The notes under the pieces are model-generated. The model had not been told where the DNA came from and searched no databases. It saw nothing but the letters and a program-made list of their open reading frames with translations. Source: Chthoniobacterales bacterium (GTDB taxonomy: Bacteria; Verrucomicrobiota; Verrucomicrobiia; Chthoniobacterales; Chthoniobacteraceae). From it: a DNA stretch of 64,000 nt. Every line of letters begins with the position of its first letter. Within the stretch, counting starts at the first letter, position 1. This document shows, piece after piece, positions 29,436 to 42,000 of this stretch. Position numbers and translations under genes: made by a program. The stretch lies in the NCBI GenBank assembly GCA_038207335.1, contig JBBQZX010000001.1, forward strand, positions 1 to 64,000, read 5' to 3'.

Positions 29436-30091
29436 GAGAGTGCAAAATCGGCGCCGTGATCAACCGCGAGCGCAGCGGCAAATCCATCCGCGGGCTCAAG
29501 CGAAAGCAGCGACCAGCGGTTCGGTTCCACCACGCGAGAACCGTGTGCCAGACCGGTTCCGGCGGCTTTCAACTGTGCCTCGGTCTCGGTCCAGCACTGG
29601 TAAAAGCGCCGCCGCTTTTCGTCTCCAGAAAGAGCGCGAATTTCAGCGGCGTCGGCTTTGGAAAAATGTGCGTCGGCGAGCATCTCGAAATCCAATGTGT
29701 CGCGAGTCCATTCCACGTCCACGCCAATTTCCAGCTGCCGGGCGACGGCGACGAGCATGAGCTCCCGCGAGTGGCTGAGGTTGAAATGCAACCACCTTCC
29801 GGCACCGTCGAGCGTGGGCTTTCCGTTTGGCCCAGCTTTGATCTTGAGCGTGCGCGGGTCGTCTGCGAGATAGGATGCGAGGATCGCGCGGAGGCTTGCA
29901 CGGCCCGCGATGAAGCGGCTCCGGTCTCCATCGAAATGGAAGCGAGCAGCGCGAGTGGCTTCGTCGGTGGACAGAGTTGCGGGATCTGCGATCGCACTTC
30001 GATCGAGCGGGATGCGCCAAAGGTGAACATCCCGACCGCCAAGAGGCGGAGAGTTTTTCGCAGGCTGAAAGTGATGCGAGAGCGGGATCAT
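29414..30091 (-). CDS. Sfp-type 4'-phosphopantetheinyl transferase
   Basis: NGKP, FNLSHS, GVDVE, WTETEAQLKA. ATGA overlap with the synthase stop. Confidence 0.92.
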   Translation of the reverse strand: MIPLSHHFQPAKNSPPLGGRDVHLWRIPLDRSAIADPATLSTDEATRAARFHFDGDRSRFIAGRASLRAILASYLADDPRTLKIKAGPNGKPTLDGAGRWLHFNLSHSRELMLVAVARQLEIGVDVEWTRDTLDFEMLADAHFSKADAAEIRALSGDEKRRRFYQCWTETEAQLKAAGTGLAHGSRVVEPNRWSLLSLEPADGFAAALAVDHGADFALSCWRCAQ

Positions 30092-33000
30092 TTTGCTGGA
30101 ATTTCGCGGTCTGCGGCGTCGAGCGCATCACGAAGCGCACTGGCAAGTGCGGGCGCGTGTTCGACGGACGTGATGGAACTGTCGTGATCACCTGGAATGG
30201 TGACCAACTCGACCTCTCCAGCCGCCGAGCGCCAACCAAATGTCGGACTGTCTCCGAAATTGACTGGTTCTTCCTCCGGCCAGAACAGCACGACTTTTCC
30301 GCCGAAGCGGCCCGGGATGAAGTATCGCACGGCGATCGAAAAAATGTCCCCGAGCGACTCCTGCTCGAAGTGACTTTCCCATCGTGAGACCGGCTCGCGG
30401 TCCCCGGCTCCGAAGAGTCTGCGGCCGATCCGGCGGAGCTTCCGGGAAAGTGCGGAGGTTTGTGATCGGACATCGAGTCTCGAAAACTCACGCGCTTTTT
30501 GCGCATACGAATGCGCCACAGCGACCAGGAATCTCGCGTGGCCACGCCAGCGAATGAAGCGCGCGGCGCGGACCCTCTCCTCGCCGCCGAGACGCTCGGA
30601 TATCCAGTGCAAATGGCGCATCGCGTGGTTTGAGCCATTTGCCATCAGCAGCATGACTCCTGCGACGGACTCTCCGGCGGCCTCAAGTGAGCACGCCATC
30701 TGGTATGCGGTAAGTGCGCCGTTGCAGTAGCCGCCGATGAGATAGGGGCCGTGCGGCTGGATTTCGCGGATCACTTTCAACCTCTCTTCCGCCATCTCGC
30801 GGATCGTGAGAGGCGGAGTGTCGCCGATCAATCCGTGCGGATGGATCGCGTAAAACGGTCGGTCGCGATCGGCATTCTGCGCCATGCTCCGCGTGAAAAA
30901 TCCGCCGCCCGTGTAATCGCCGTGGAGGAAAAAAAACGGGCGCTTTTTACCGTCGGGATTGATCGCGAAGTACGGCTGGATCGCGGCCGCTTGCTGCTGG
31001 CGGTCGAGTAGTTTGCGCGCGATCCCCGCGATGGTTGCGCCCGCAAAAAGCTCCGGCAGCAGCAGCGTGGACCCGATGCGCTGCTCAATTTGTGCCAGCA
31101 TTCGGACGGCTAGGAGCGAGTGCCCGCCGAGCTCGAAGAAATCATCGTGAATGCCGATGGGATGCCTCTTCAGCAGGTGTTCCCAAACGTCGGCAATTTG
31201 CGCCTGGAGCAGCGTTTGCGGACGTGAATCAGCGCGGCGCGAGGGCGTATCGGTTCGATTTTCACCGTGGCTCGGCTCGGAAAAACCGGACTCTGCCAAC
31301 GCCGCGCGATCTGTCTTACCGGAAGCCGTCAATGGCAGGCGTGGCAGGCAGGAAAAGGAGCTGGGCAGCATGTGTGCGGGAAGTCGCGCGGCGAGAAAAG
31401 TGCGCACTTCCCGCTCCGCTGGAGCGCCAGTTCCGCGGAGGCTGTAGTGGGCATGCAAACGATCGTCACCACTCGCGACCCGCCGCACGGTCACCGCCGC
31501 GTCGGCGATCTCCGGATGGCTCCGCAGTGCCGCTTCGATCTCTCCCAACTCGATCCGGAATCCTCGTAGTTTGATCTGCTGGTCGGCGCGGCCGAGATAC
31601 TCGATCGTGCCGTCCGGCAGCCATTTTGCCGCGTCTCCGGTTTTGTAAATCCGTCCATATTTCGTCTCCGGAAAACACTCTTCGTTCAGCACCGGCGCAT
31701 TGAAATAACCGAGCGCAACGCCCGGCCCGCCGATGAACAGCTCGCCTGCGACTCCGATCGGCACAGGCTCGAGAGCGCCATCGAAAATGAACGCCGATGT
31801 GTTTGCGATCGGGCGCCCGATTGGCACGCGTCCGCCTTCCACGTTATCGATCGCATGGCAGACGGCGAAGGTCGTCGTCTCGGTCGGGCCGTAACCGTTC
31901 ACGATGCGCTCCGGCTTTCCATGTGTGAGGACGAGCTGCACTGCGCTGGCATCCGCAGCCTCGCCACCGAACACGAGATTGCGGAGCCCTGCGAACATCG
32001 ATGGAGAAGCGTTCGAGGTTTGGTTAAAAAGCGACGTCGTGAGAAAAAGCGTCGTGATCCGATGCACGGCGAGATGCACGGCAAGGGCGGGTGGAGAGAG
32101 CAAAATCTCCTGCGGAGTGACGACGAGTGTTCCGCCATTGAGAAGCGCTCCCCACATCTCGAAAGTGGCCGCGTCGAAGCAAACATTCGACGCAAACGCG
32201 ACAACGTCATCGGGCTGAAAGTGGACGAAATCGCTGTTGACGACGAGCCTGCTGATGGCGCGATGCGGCACCACGACGCCTTTAGGGACGCCCGTGGAGC
32301 CGGAGGTGAAGAGCACATAAGCAGGGCCGTCCGCAGCCGCCGAATCGGGCAGGTCGTCCGCATCTTCGATCGCATCGGGATCGAGCACCCAAGCGCATCC
32401 GGCGCGCATCTGCGCGGCTCGCTCAGCCGGTTCAGCGGGATCGAGCGGGACGTAAGCAGCACCCGCTTTCACGATGCCGAGCACACTTTCGATGAACCGC
32501 GCCGTGCGCTCCGCGCGCAGGCCGACGAAATGACCGGCGCGGACACCCCGAGCGCGAAGGTGGCGCGCGACACGGCTCGCGCGCCTGTCGAGTTCCGCGA
32601 AGCTGATGTTCGCCGCGCCTTCGATCAGAGCGGTGGCGTCCGGTTTGCGCACGACCCACTTCTCGAATTGCGCGCCAATCGTCTCATTTGCCGGGAAATC
32701 GCGCGCAGTGTCATTCCAATCCACGAGCATCCGGTGACGCTCCTCCTCGGAGAGCAGCGGCAGCGCCGAAATAGCGGCGGCGGGATCGACAGCGATCGCT
32801 TCCAGCAAGTGCCGGAAATGCCCCAGCCAGCGCTCGATCGTTTTGCCATCGAAAAGGTCTGTGTTGAAATCGCAGCGCAGAAAAAGAGCGCCGTCCTTCT
32901 CTGAGACATTGAGGAAAAGCTCGGCCAATGCGGTGTCGCGCAGCCCCGCGAACGGCTGCGAGTCCGTGATGAGTTCGACTTCGAGTTCGTGAAGGCTTTT

Positions 33001-36000
33001 GCGATAGGTGCCGATTTCGTAGTTGAAAAGGACCGAGAAAATCGGAGCGCGGCTCGGGTCCGAGCGAAGCCCGAGAAGGGGGATGAGATTTGCGAAAAAA
33101 TACCGTTGATGCTCGTGCGCTTCGAGCACGAGGCGGCGATTGCTCGCGAGCAAATCGGCGAACGTTGTGCCGCTCTCGAGGCGGCTCCTAAGCGCGACAG
33201 TGTTTGTCGTATTCGCGAAAAGCTCGCGTCCGCCGATCCGCTCCCGCACAGGATCGGAGAACGGCACTCCGACCACGACATCATCCTGTCCGGTGAGGCG
33301 GTGGAGCAGCGTTTGGAAAGCCGAAAGCAACGTGGTGAACATGGAGCCCCCGTGTCTCGCTCCCGATTTTCGCAGCGCATCGGCGAGGTCGGCGTCGAGC
33401 GTAAGAGATGCGCGACCTCCTCGATGCGTGAGGAGATTTGGGCGTGGACGATCCAGCGGAAGCTCAAGTGGTGGAACGCGGTCGGAAAACTGTGCACGCC
33501 AGAATCGCTCCGCTTCCCGCTGGCCATGTTGCAAAATCTCGCGAGCAAAGGAACTGAGTTGGATTGCCGGGCGCAACGTCCGGCCCTCGCCGCCGAAGAT
33601 CGAAAGCAGGTCGTCGAACAGTGCGACGTACGACGGGCCGTTGCCGAGGATGTGATGGAACGTGAGCAGTAGAACGTGCCGCTCCGACGCGAGTCGGAGG
33701 AGGCGCACATCCATGATCGGCGAATGCGCGAAGTCGAAGCGTATCGCGCGGACCTCCGCGATGGCCGATTCGAGCGTCGCGTCGGAGTGGCACTCGATCA
33801 CGGGCATTTCGATCGTGACCTGTGGATGGACGGTCTGCGTTTCCGACGCCGCGTCGATCGTCGTTCGCAGGGCTTCATGCCGGGCAACCACGGCTTCGAG
33901 AGCGGCGCGCAGTTTGGCGGCGTCGAGCGCTCCTCGAAACTCCAGCGCGGACGTTTCATTGTAAGCGCGGGAAGAGTCGGGGTGCGTCTCGGCGAGCAGG
34001 CAGAGTCCTCGCTGCGCGTCGGTGAGTGGAAAAGTCTCGGGGCATTCGGATGCTGTGGCTAAGCGCTTTCTCAGGCCATCGAGGGCAGGGAGGCTCGCCA
34101 TCACGGCATCCGGATCGATACCGAAATCGACGAGGCAACCCACCTCATCCACCCCTGCCGCGCGCAGCTTTTCCGCGAGCACCGCGCACGATTCCTCCGT
34201 GCCGATAAACGCTTTCTCGTGCGCATAGTCGGTCACCGCGCGGTCGAGCAAAAACTCCAGATCGTCCGCGTTCACATCCGCTTCGCCTCGCTTACTGGCG
34301 CTCTTCTTTTGCGAAATCTCGACGTGCGAGCGGAGATACTCGCGAAGAGGCATCCGCGCGAGTTCCCGCGCTTGCGCTTGGTCGCCGGTGACGAATGTGT
34401 GGAGCAGCATGGTCACATGTCCGCGGTCGTGCCCGGCCCGCGCCCGGGCGTCGCGGTAAATCGCGATCTTCCCCGCGACGTCCTCGACGCTTTGGTTTTG
34501 AAGTTGAGCGAGGATATTCAGCCCCAGCGTACCAGCCGCCTCATACGATTCGGATCGGACACACGTCAGCCAGACAGGCAGTTCGCGCTGCACTGGCATC
34601 GGGAAAAGTCGGACATCAATGGCATTGCCCGTGCCGCCGCGCGCGCTGATCGAATCGCCGCGCCAAAGCGTGCGAATGGTTTCCAGCGAGCGCGTGCATA
34701 TTTCGCGGCGCTGCTCGTATGCATCGGGCGCGAAAACGAAATCATTTGGATGCCAGCCGGACGCGATCGAAATGCCGACGCGGCCATTCGAGAGATTGTC
34801 CACGAGCGACCATTCCTCCGCGACTCGCACGGGATGATGCAGTGGCAGAACGACGCTGCCGGCACGCAGTTGGATGCGCGAAGTCTCGCGTGCCAGCGCC
34901 GCTGCGAGCACCGCGGGATTTGGAGAAAAGCCACCGATCGAGTGGAAATGCCGCTCTGGCAACCAGACCGCCACGAAACCGTTCGCATCGGCAAAACGAG
35001 TGCTCTCGATGATGAGGTCGTATTTATCGCCGCGATGCGCCGCTGGGTAGTTTCCAAAGAAATAGAGGCTGAATTGCAACTCCGCAGCCGCCTGCGGGCC
35101 CTGATAAACACAGCGTTCCGGTTCCGCATTCGATGTTCCACCTTCCCGCGCTTCGAGCGCCTCGTCATCGACACGCGCTCCCAAAAATCCCCCCGCCTCC
35201 ATCTCAGCCACACTTTCTGAAAACGCTCGGACCAGCGCTGACAAATCGGCCTCCGAGTGGGCCGTGGAAAGAAACAGCAGGCGATTGTCCCATGCGTGAA
35301 TTCCCTTTTCTCGGAGGTGGAAGAAAAAGAGCCCGCCGAACGCGAACTCTGGGTCGAACTTCACGATGAACATCGACCCAAACGACTCCACGCGGATCGG
35401 GCCGTCCGCGGGCAGCACACCTTTCAAATCCGAGACGAGCGCGCTCGTTCGTGCATTCAGCCGCTCCTGCAATGCGCCGCCTTCGTCTCGCAAATGGGAG
35501 AGCATCGCGTGCGATGCGGCCAGCGCGAGTGGATGCCGCACGTACGTCCCGGCGAAAAATGTGACGCCGACGTCCGGCCGCGAGTCGTCGCCGAAATTCC
35601 ACGCGCCGCCGTCGAGCGCATCCATGAATTGTGCGCGTCCGCAGAGCGCGCCGATCGGCATCCCGCCACCGATGATTTTGCCGTATGCGGCGAGGTCGGC
35701 ATGGACGCCAAACCAAGCCTGCGCGCCGCCCGGATGACAGCGGAAGCCGGTAATGACTTCGTCGAAAACGAGCACCACTCCCGATTCGCTGCAGATGCGG
35801 CGCAACTCGTGCAGGAAGTCGCGCGGCTGCAAATCGGGATGCCGGCTTTGCACCGGTTCTACGAAGATCGCGGCCAGGTTGTGGGCGTTTGCGCGGAGGA
35901 TTTCGAGCGACGCGGGAGCGCCGTATTCGACAGCCAAAACTTCGCGTGCGACGTGATCGGGAATGCCCGGCGCGATAGCCACGGTGCGGCGTTCGCCCCC

Positions 36001-39000
36001 GACTTTTTTTGCGCGGACGAGGAACTCGTCGTTGATCCCGTGGTAACCGCTGCATGTTGCCACGCGGTCGCGTCCGGTGACGGTTCGAGCGATGCGCGCG
36101 GCGGCAACGGTTGCCTCGGAACCCGTGTTGCAAAAGGCCGCGCGATCCATGCCACTGAATTCGCAAAGCATCCGGGCAACCTCGCCGGCGATTGGCGATT
36201 GCGGTCCAATCTCGATTCCTCGCGCGAGTTGAGCGCCGATTGCGGCGGTGATGAAATCCGGCGAGTGTCCGAGCAGATTCGTGCCGAAGCCCATCGTGAA
36301 ATCGACGTATTCGCGACCGTCCACATCCCACATTTTCGAGCCGGAGGAGCGCTCAACGACGATCGGATAGACGAGTTCCTTCCACAGAGGTCGAAAACCC
36401 GAAATGGACCGTGGATCGGCGAAATGCGGGCGATGCTCCTGGCTGAGCAGCTTGGATTTCGCAGTGAGTGCGGAGTATCGCGAAATGAGCGAGTCGAGAT
36501 GCTGCCGCTGGCGGGCGTTGAGCGTGTCGGAGGCGTCGCGGAGGATCGGGCGGAACGGGCCGTGATTTGCGGGCTCGCTGACAGGAGATGCTGGTGCAGA
36601 GGGCGTTGACAGTCGATCGGAGGCTTTTGAGCGAGTGCCGCTTTCGACATGCGCGGCGATGCGCTCGATCGTGGAGAGTTCTTCGAAAAGCTGGCGGAAT
36701 GCGACGGCGACTCCGAACGATTTCCGGAGCGCGAGCGCGAATTGCGTGAGGAAAAGTGAGTCGCAGCCGAGCTCCAGAAGTGTCGCGGACGGGTCCATCT
36801 TCTCGACCGGGATGCCGGACATTCCATGTAGCAATGCGCGCACATCCCCGAGCGACGGTGCAGCTTCGGGTGCCGCGATTTTGGGCGATACGGGACGCGG
36901 TGTGAATGCGAGTGCGGATGGAGCAGAAACGTCGCGGATGCCGGGTTCAATCCAGAATCGCTCCCGCTCGAACGGATAGGTCGGAAGCTGGACACGGCGT
37001 CGCTTTTCAGCACCGCGGTGGAGCCTCCAATCAATCGGAACACCCGCAAGCCACAGACGCCCGAGCGCTTGGAGCATCGCCGCTTGATCGTGCTCGCGGG
37101 TCGTGCCCAGCGAGGAGATGACTGTGCCTCCGCGCGACTGGCGAGCAAGCGGTGAGAGTGTGACGCCGGGGCCAACCTCGAGCAGGATGTGGCGCGTATC
37201 GACTTTGGAAACGGCGGCGGAAAAACGGACGGTTTCGCGAAGCTGACGCGACCAGTATTCGGGCTCGGTGAAATTTGCCCCGTTGCCCGTGAGGGTAGAA
37301 AACATCGGGATTCGCGGCGCATTGAGCCGCGTGTCGCGTGCGAGCTCGATGAAGGGCGCGAGCACGGGCTCCATCATGCGCGAGTGAAATGCGTGCGAGG
37401 TCGGAAGGTGGGCTGATGCGACCCCGCGGGCTTCCATTTCGCGGGCAAAGGTGGCGACGTTTTCGGTTGGGCCGGAGACTACGCAGAGGCGCGGGGAATT
37501 TACGGCGGCGAGTTCGATGTCTCTGTTGAGATGCGGCGTGAGCTCGGCTTGCGAGAGGCGTACGGCGAGCATCGAGCCGGCAGGAATTTCGCTCATTAGC
37601 CTGGCGCGCCCGGAGAGCAAGTGGAGGGCGTCCTTCAACGAAAACACGCCGGAGAGGCAGGCGGCAGTAAACTCGCCGACGCTGTGCCCAAGCATGGCGG
37701 CAGGCTGCACGCCCCACGATTGCCAGAGCCGCGCCATTGCATACTCCACGGCGAAAATCGCCGGCTGTGCGACCGCGGTGTCGGTCATTTCGCATGTGGT
37801 CGTCGCGGGCGAGTAGAGCGCAACGGTGAGGTCGAGTTGTGGCTTTAGGAGCGCGTCGCACTCGAGCAGCGCATCGCGGAAGACGGGCTCGCTTTCGAAG
37901 AGTTCGCGAGCCATTCCTGGGAATTGCGCGCCCTGGCCGGGGAACATGAATACGACGTCGCCCACGGATGTCTCGGCGACGGAGCTGAAGACGCGATGCG
38001 GGTCGCGTTTCCCGAGCGCCTCGGCGGCGTCAGCGAGGTCGTGTGCGACAACGATGCGGCGGTGCTGAAACTCGCGACGACCGATCTGAAGCGTGTGTGC
38101 GACGTCTGCGAGATCGAGACCCGGGTTTTCGCGAAAATGCCTCGCGAGGTTGATGGATGCTTGATCCAGAGCGGGTGCGGTTTTCGCGGAGAGGATGAGA
38201 AGTTGCGACCGGCGCGAGAGCGACGAAGGCTCGGAAAGTGGCGCTTCCTCGAGCACGGCATGGGCGTTCGTTCCGCCGATTCCGAATGAACTGACGCCAG
38301 CGCGACGCGGCTCGTTTCTCCGTGGCCATGCGGTGCGCGCGGCGTTCACGACGAATGGGCCATTCGCAAAATCGATCTGAGGATTTGGCGAGTGAAAATG
38401 GAGGCTCGGCGGGAGCAGTTCGCGGTCGAGTGCGAGTGCGGTTTTGATGAGTCCCGCGACGCCCGCGCCCGCGTCGAGGTGGCCGATGTTGGTCTTCACC
38501 GACCCGATGCGGCAGAACGATGCGGCGCTGAATGCACGCGTGAGTGCGGCGATTTCTATGGGATCACCAAGCGCTGTGCCCGTGCCATGCGCCTCGACGT
38601 AATCGATGGTGTCCGCGGTGATGCCCGCCGCCGCGTGAGCGCGTGAAATGACCTCGGCCTGGCCTTCGACGGAGGGCGCTGTGAAGCCGGCCTTCGTCGC
38701 GCCGTCGTTGTTGATCGCGGTCGCTTTGATGACGCTGAAAATGTGGTCTCCGTCGCGTTGCGCATCGCTCAGGCGCTTGAGCACCACGGCTGCGATGCCG
38801 CTCGCGGCGACGCAGCCGCGGGCATTTTCATCGAAGGCGCGGCAGTGACCATCGGGTGATGCGATACCGCCTTCGACATGCACGTATCCCGAGTGCAGCG
38901 GTGAGCGGATGCGGCCACCGCCGACGAGCGCCATGCCGATTTCGCCGGATCGCAGGCTTTGACAAGCGAGATGCAGTGCCACGAGCGAGGAGGAGCATGC

Positions 39001-42000
39001 AGTTTGCACGCCGATTGCCGGGCCGCGGAGGTCGAGCTTGTGGGCGATGCGAGTTGGGGCGAAGTCCTTCTCGTTGCCGAGTGTGAGGGCGTATTCCGCG
39101 AGGTGCGGCGCGATGTCGGGGCGAGTGGCGAGGTTGTTCTGGAGGTAGCTGTTGAGCGCGAGCCCGGTGAAGACGCCGATCGGCTCCGCGCTGCGTGATA
39201 CGTCCTGACCGGCGTGCTCAAAGGCTTCCCAAGCGCATTCGAGGAGGATGCGTTGCTGCGGGTCCATGAGTTCGGCTTCGCGCGGTGTGAAACCGAAGAA
39301 TGAGGCTGCAAACCGATCCGCGTCGTCGAGCGTGGCTCCAGCGTTAACGTATCCAGGCTCGGCGAGAACGGTGGACTCGACGCCGGATGCGCGAAGTTCG
39401 TCGGCGGTAAACGGGCGGATTGATTCGACGCCCGCGCAGAGATTCTCCCAAAATGCAGAGACATCGCGCGCGCCGGGAAGGTTGCCCGCCATACCGATGA
39501 TCGCAATGGGTTCATTGGCCACGCGCGCGGCGGGATCTCCAGTCGGTTTTTCGTACCCCAGGGTCGCCGCCAGGCGCCATGTTTCGCCGCAGAGAAAGTC
39601 GTCGCGGAGCACGCCGCGCCAGCCGCCCGCTGCATCGGGATCGATCATTCGATGCGCGTGAAAATGAGGATCGTCGGAAGCAGGCACGGCCTTGGAAGCC
39701 GTCGCGGAATCCGCGCGATATGGATCGAGCACGGCGGAGTCGAATGGGATGCCGAGCGCGCTGAAAATGGCTTCCATGCTTGATCGCGGGTCGGCAACGA
39801 GGTCGGAGAAACGAAGGAAACTCTGCCGCTCGGGAGGAATGGTCGCGAGAAAATCGGCGATATTTCGGTGAGCGATATTCCAGACGACTTCTCCCGCCTG
39901 TCGCGGCGTGAGATCGCCCGCAGACGGCAGATAGACGCGATCCATGCGCTGCTTCTCGAACGAACGAATCACCTCGTACGGGTGACGAGAGAGGTGGATG
40001 TAAAACGCGTTTTCGAAAAGCGCCTCGGCGTGCCGGAGCGCTCCGGGGTCGAGCGTGCAGGAGGGTGATTTCTCGACCAGTTCGCGTGGCTCGATCCACT
40101 CAAGCAGGCGGGCGTAAAATTCGCCGGAGCCGAGATTTTCAAGCTCGCACTGTTCGAGAATCTCGCTGGCCTGCCGGTCATCGCAGTTCTTGATCTCGGC
40201 AATCGCGCGTAGGATTCCGTCGCGAGAAAATGCCCCGGATTGAGCGAGCGTCTCGGTGCCGAGGAGGCGGAGCTCGGATGCGGTAAAGAGGCCGGGATGC
40301 CGGTGGAGCATCGCGCGGAGCAGGGTGGTGCCGGAGCGCGGAGGCGCGAGGATGAAAATGGCGCGACGATTTCGCGGTTCGCCGGCGTGGGAAGCAGGCT
40401 GGAATGTCGGCAGTGAGGCGCGCACCCGCTCGATCATTGAGGAAGTGACGCGCGACTCATGCGCCGAAGTCGCGGATGTGTCTTCGCCGAAAGCACGGGC
40501 GATGGCCGCCGGATAGTGCTTTTGGAGGTATCCCGCGAGGAGCGCAATGGTGGGCGCCTCAAACATCGCGACGACGAACACCGGCTCGCCGATCCTTTGC
40601 TGGAGCTGCTGGACGAGCGTCGCGGCGCGGAGTGAATCGCCGCCGATTTCAAAAAAGCGGTCGTCGATTCCGATGCGATCGATGTGAAGGGCGTCGCGCC
40701 ATTCGCTCGCGAGATAATGCTCGAGCGCGGTGCGCGGTGGGGTGAACGCGGTGGCGACCTCGGGGCGTTCGCGCGTCAGGGGAGGCAATGCGGCGCGGTC
40801 AATTTTGCCGTTCGGTGTGAGCGGGAATTCATCCATTCCAGCGAATACCGAGGGCATCATGAACGCGGGAAGCTGTGCAGCGACAAGCGCGCGCAGATCA
40901 TTGATCGACGCGCTTTTCGGAGAAAAATAAGCTACAATCTGTGACTCGCCGCGGACGACTACGGCCGCAGTGTGAACGGTCGAATGCGTCTGGAGGACGG
41001 TTTCAATCGCATCGAGCTCGATGCGGTAGCCGCGGATTTTAACCTGGCGATCGACGCGGCCGAGAAACTCGAAATTGCCGTCCGACAACAGGCGCGCGAG
41101 GTCGCCCGATTTGTAGAGACGCGCGCCGTCTGACTGCAAAATAAAGCGTTCGGCGGTCAAGGCGGGCTGGTTGAGATAGCCCTGAGCGACGCCGTCGCCG
41201 CCGATGTGAATCTCGCCGGGAGTGCCCACTGGAACAGGGTTGCCGGCCTCGTCGAGGAGGCAAAGTTGCGTGCGCGCGATTGGCTTTCCGATAGTGATCG
41301 CAGCGCCGGGAAGGAGCTGGCAGGCGGTGCTCCAAACGGTGGTCTCGGTGGGTCCGTATTCGTTGAAGAGGGCGGCTTGGGGGAGACGCTGCGCGTGCTC
41401 TCCGGGAAGCGACGACGCACAATTTTCGCCCGCGACGATAACTGTCTGTAGAGAGGCGAGAGTCCCCGGAGCGCGGAGCAAAAGAGTGTGTAGCGACGGG
41501 AGGCAAAGGAGGTGCGTGATGGCTCGGGAACCGATCAGCGCGGCGAGCGCAAAGGGGTCGCGCTCTTCCTCGGCGGCGGGGAGAACGAGCGTCCCGCCAG
41601 TGCAGAGCGTCCAGAAAATCCCAGCCACCGAGCTGTCGAAAGCGAACGACGAGACGAGGAGAAATCTCGCGGGCGGATTCGCGTAAAACTCGAGCCGGGC
41701 GCGGGTCGAGTGGGCGAGATTTGCGTGTGAGACGAGGACGCCTTTCGGCCGGCCGGTGGAGCCGGAGGTGTAGATGACGTATGCCGTTCGATCAAGGCTG
41801 GCAGGAGAAAGGACGGTGGCAGGAACGACGGTGGAGTAATCTTCATCGAGAACGATAGACTCGATACCGTCGGAGAATTCCGATTCGAACTCGCGTGACG
41901 TGAGGACGAATCGCGGACCCGAATCGGCGAGCATGAAGCTGCGCAAACCGGCGGGGTATGCGGGATCGACTGGGACGTAAGCGCAGTCCGCCTTCAGGAT

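Noticed and set aside
30088..40370. CurM/Ols-type olefin-forming ST-TE
   Set aside because: The ST and TE are about 8.6 kb apart in different modules, and there is no KR to make the beta-hydroxyl substrate.
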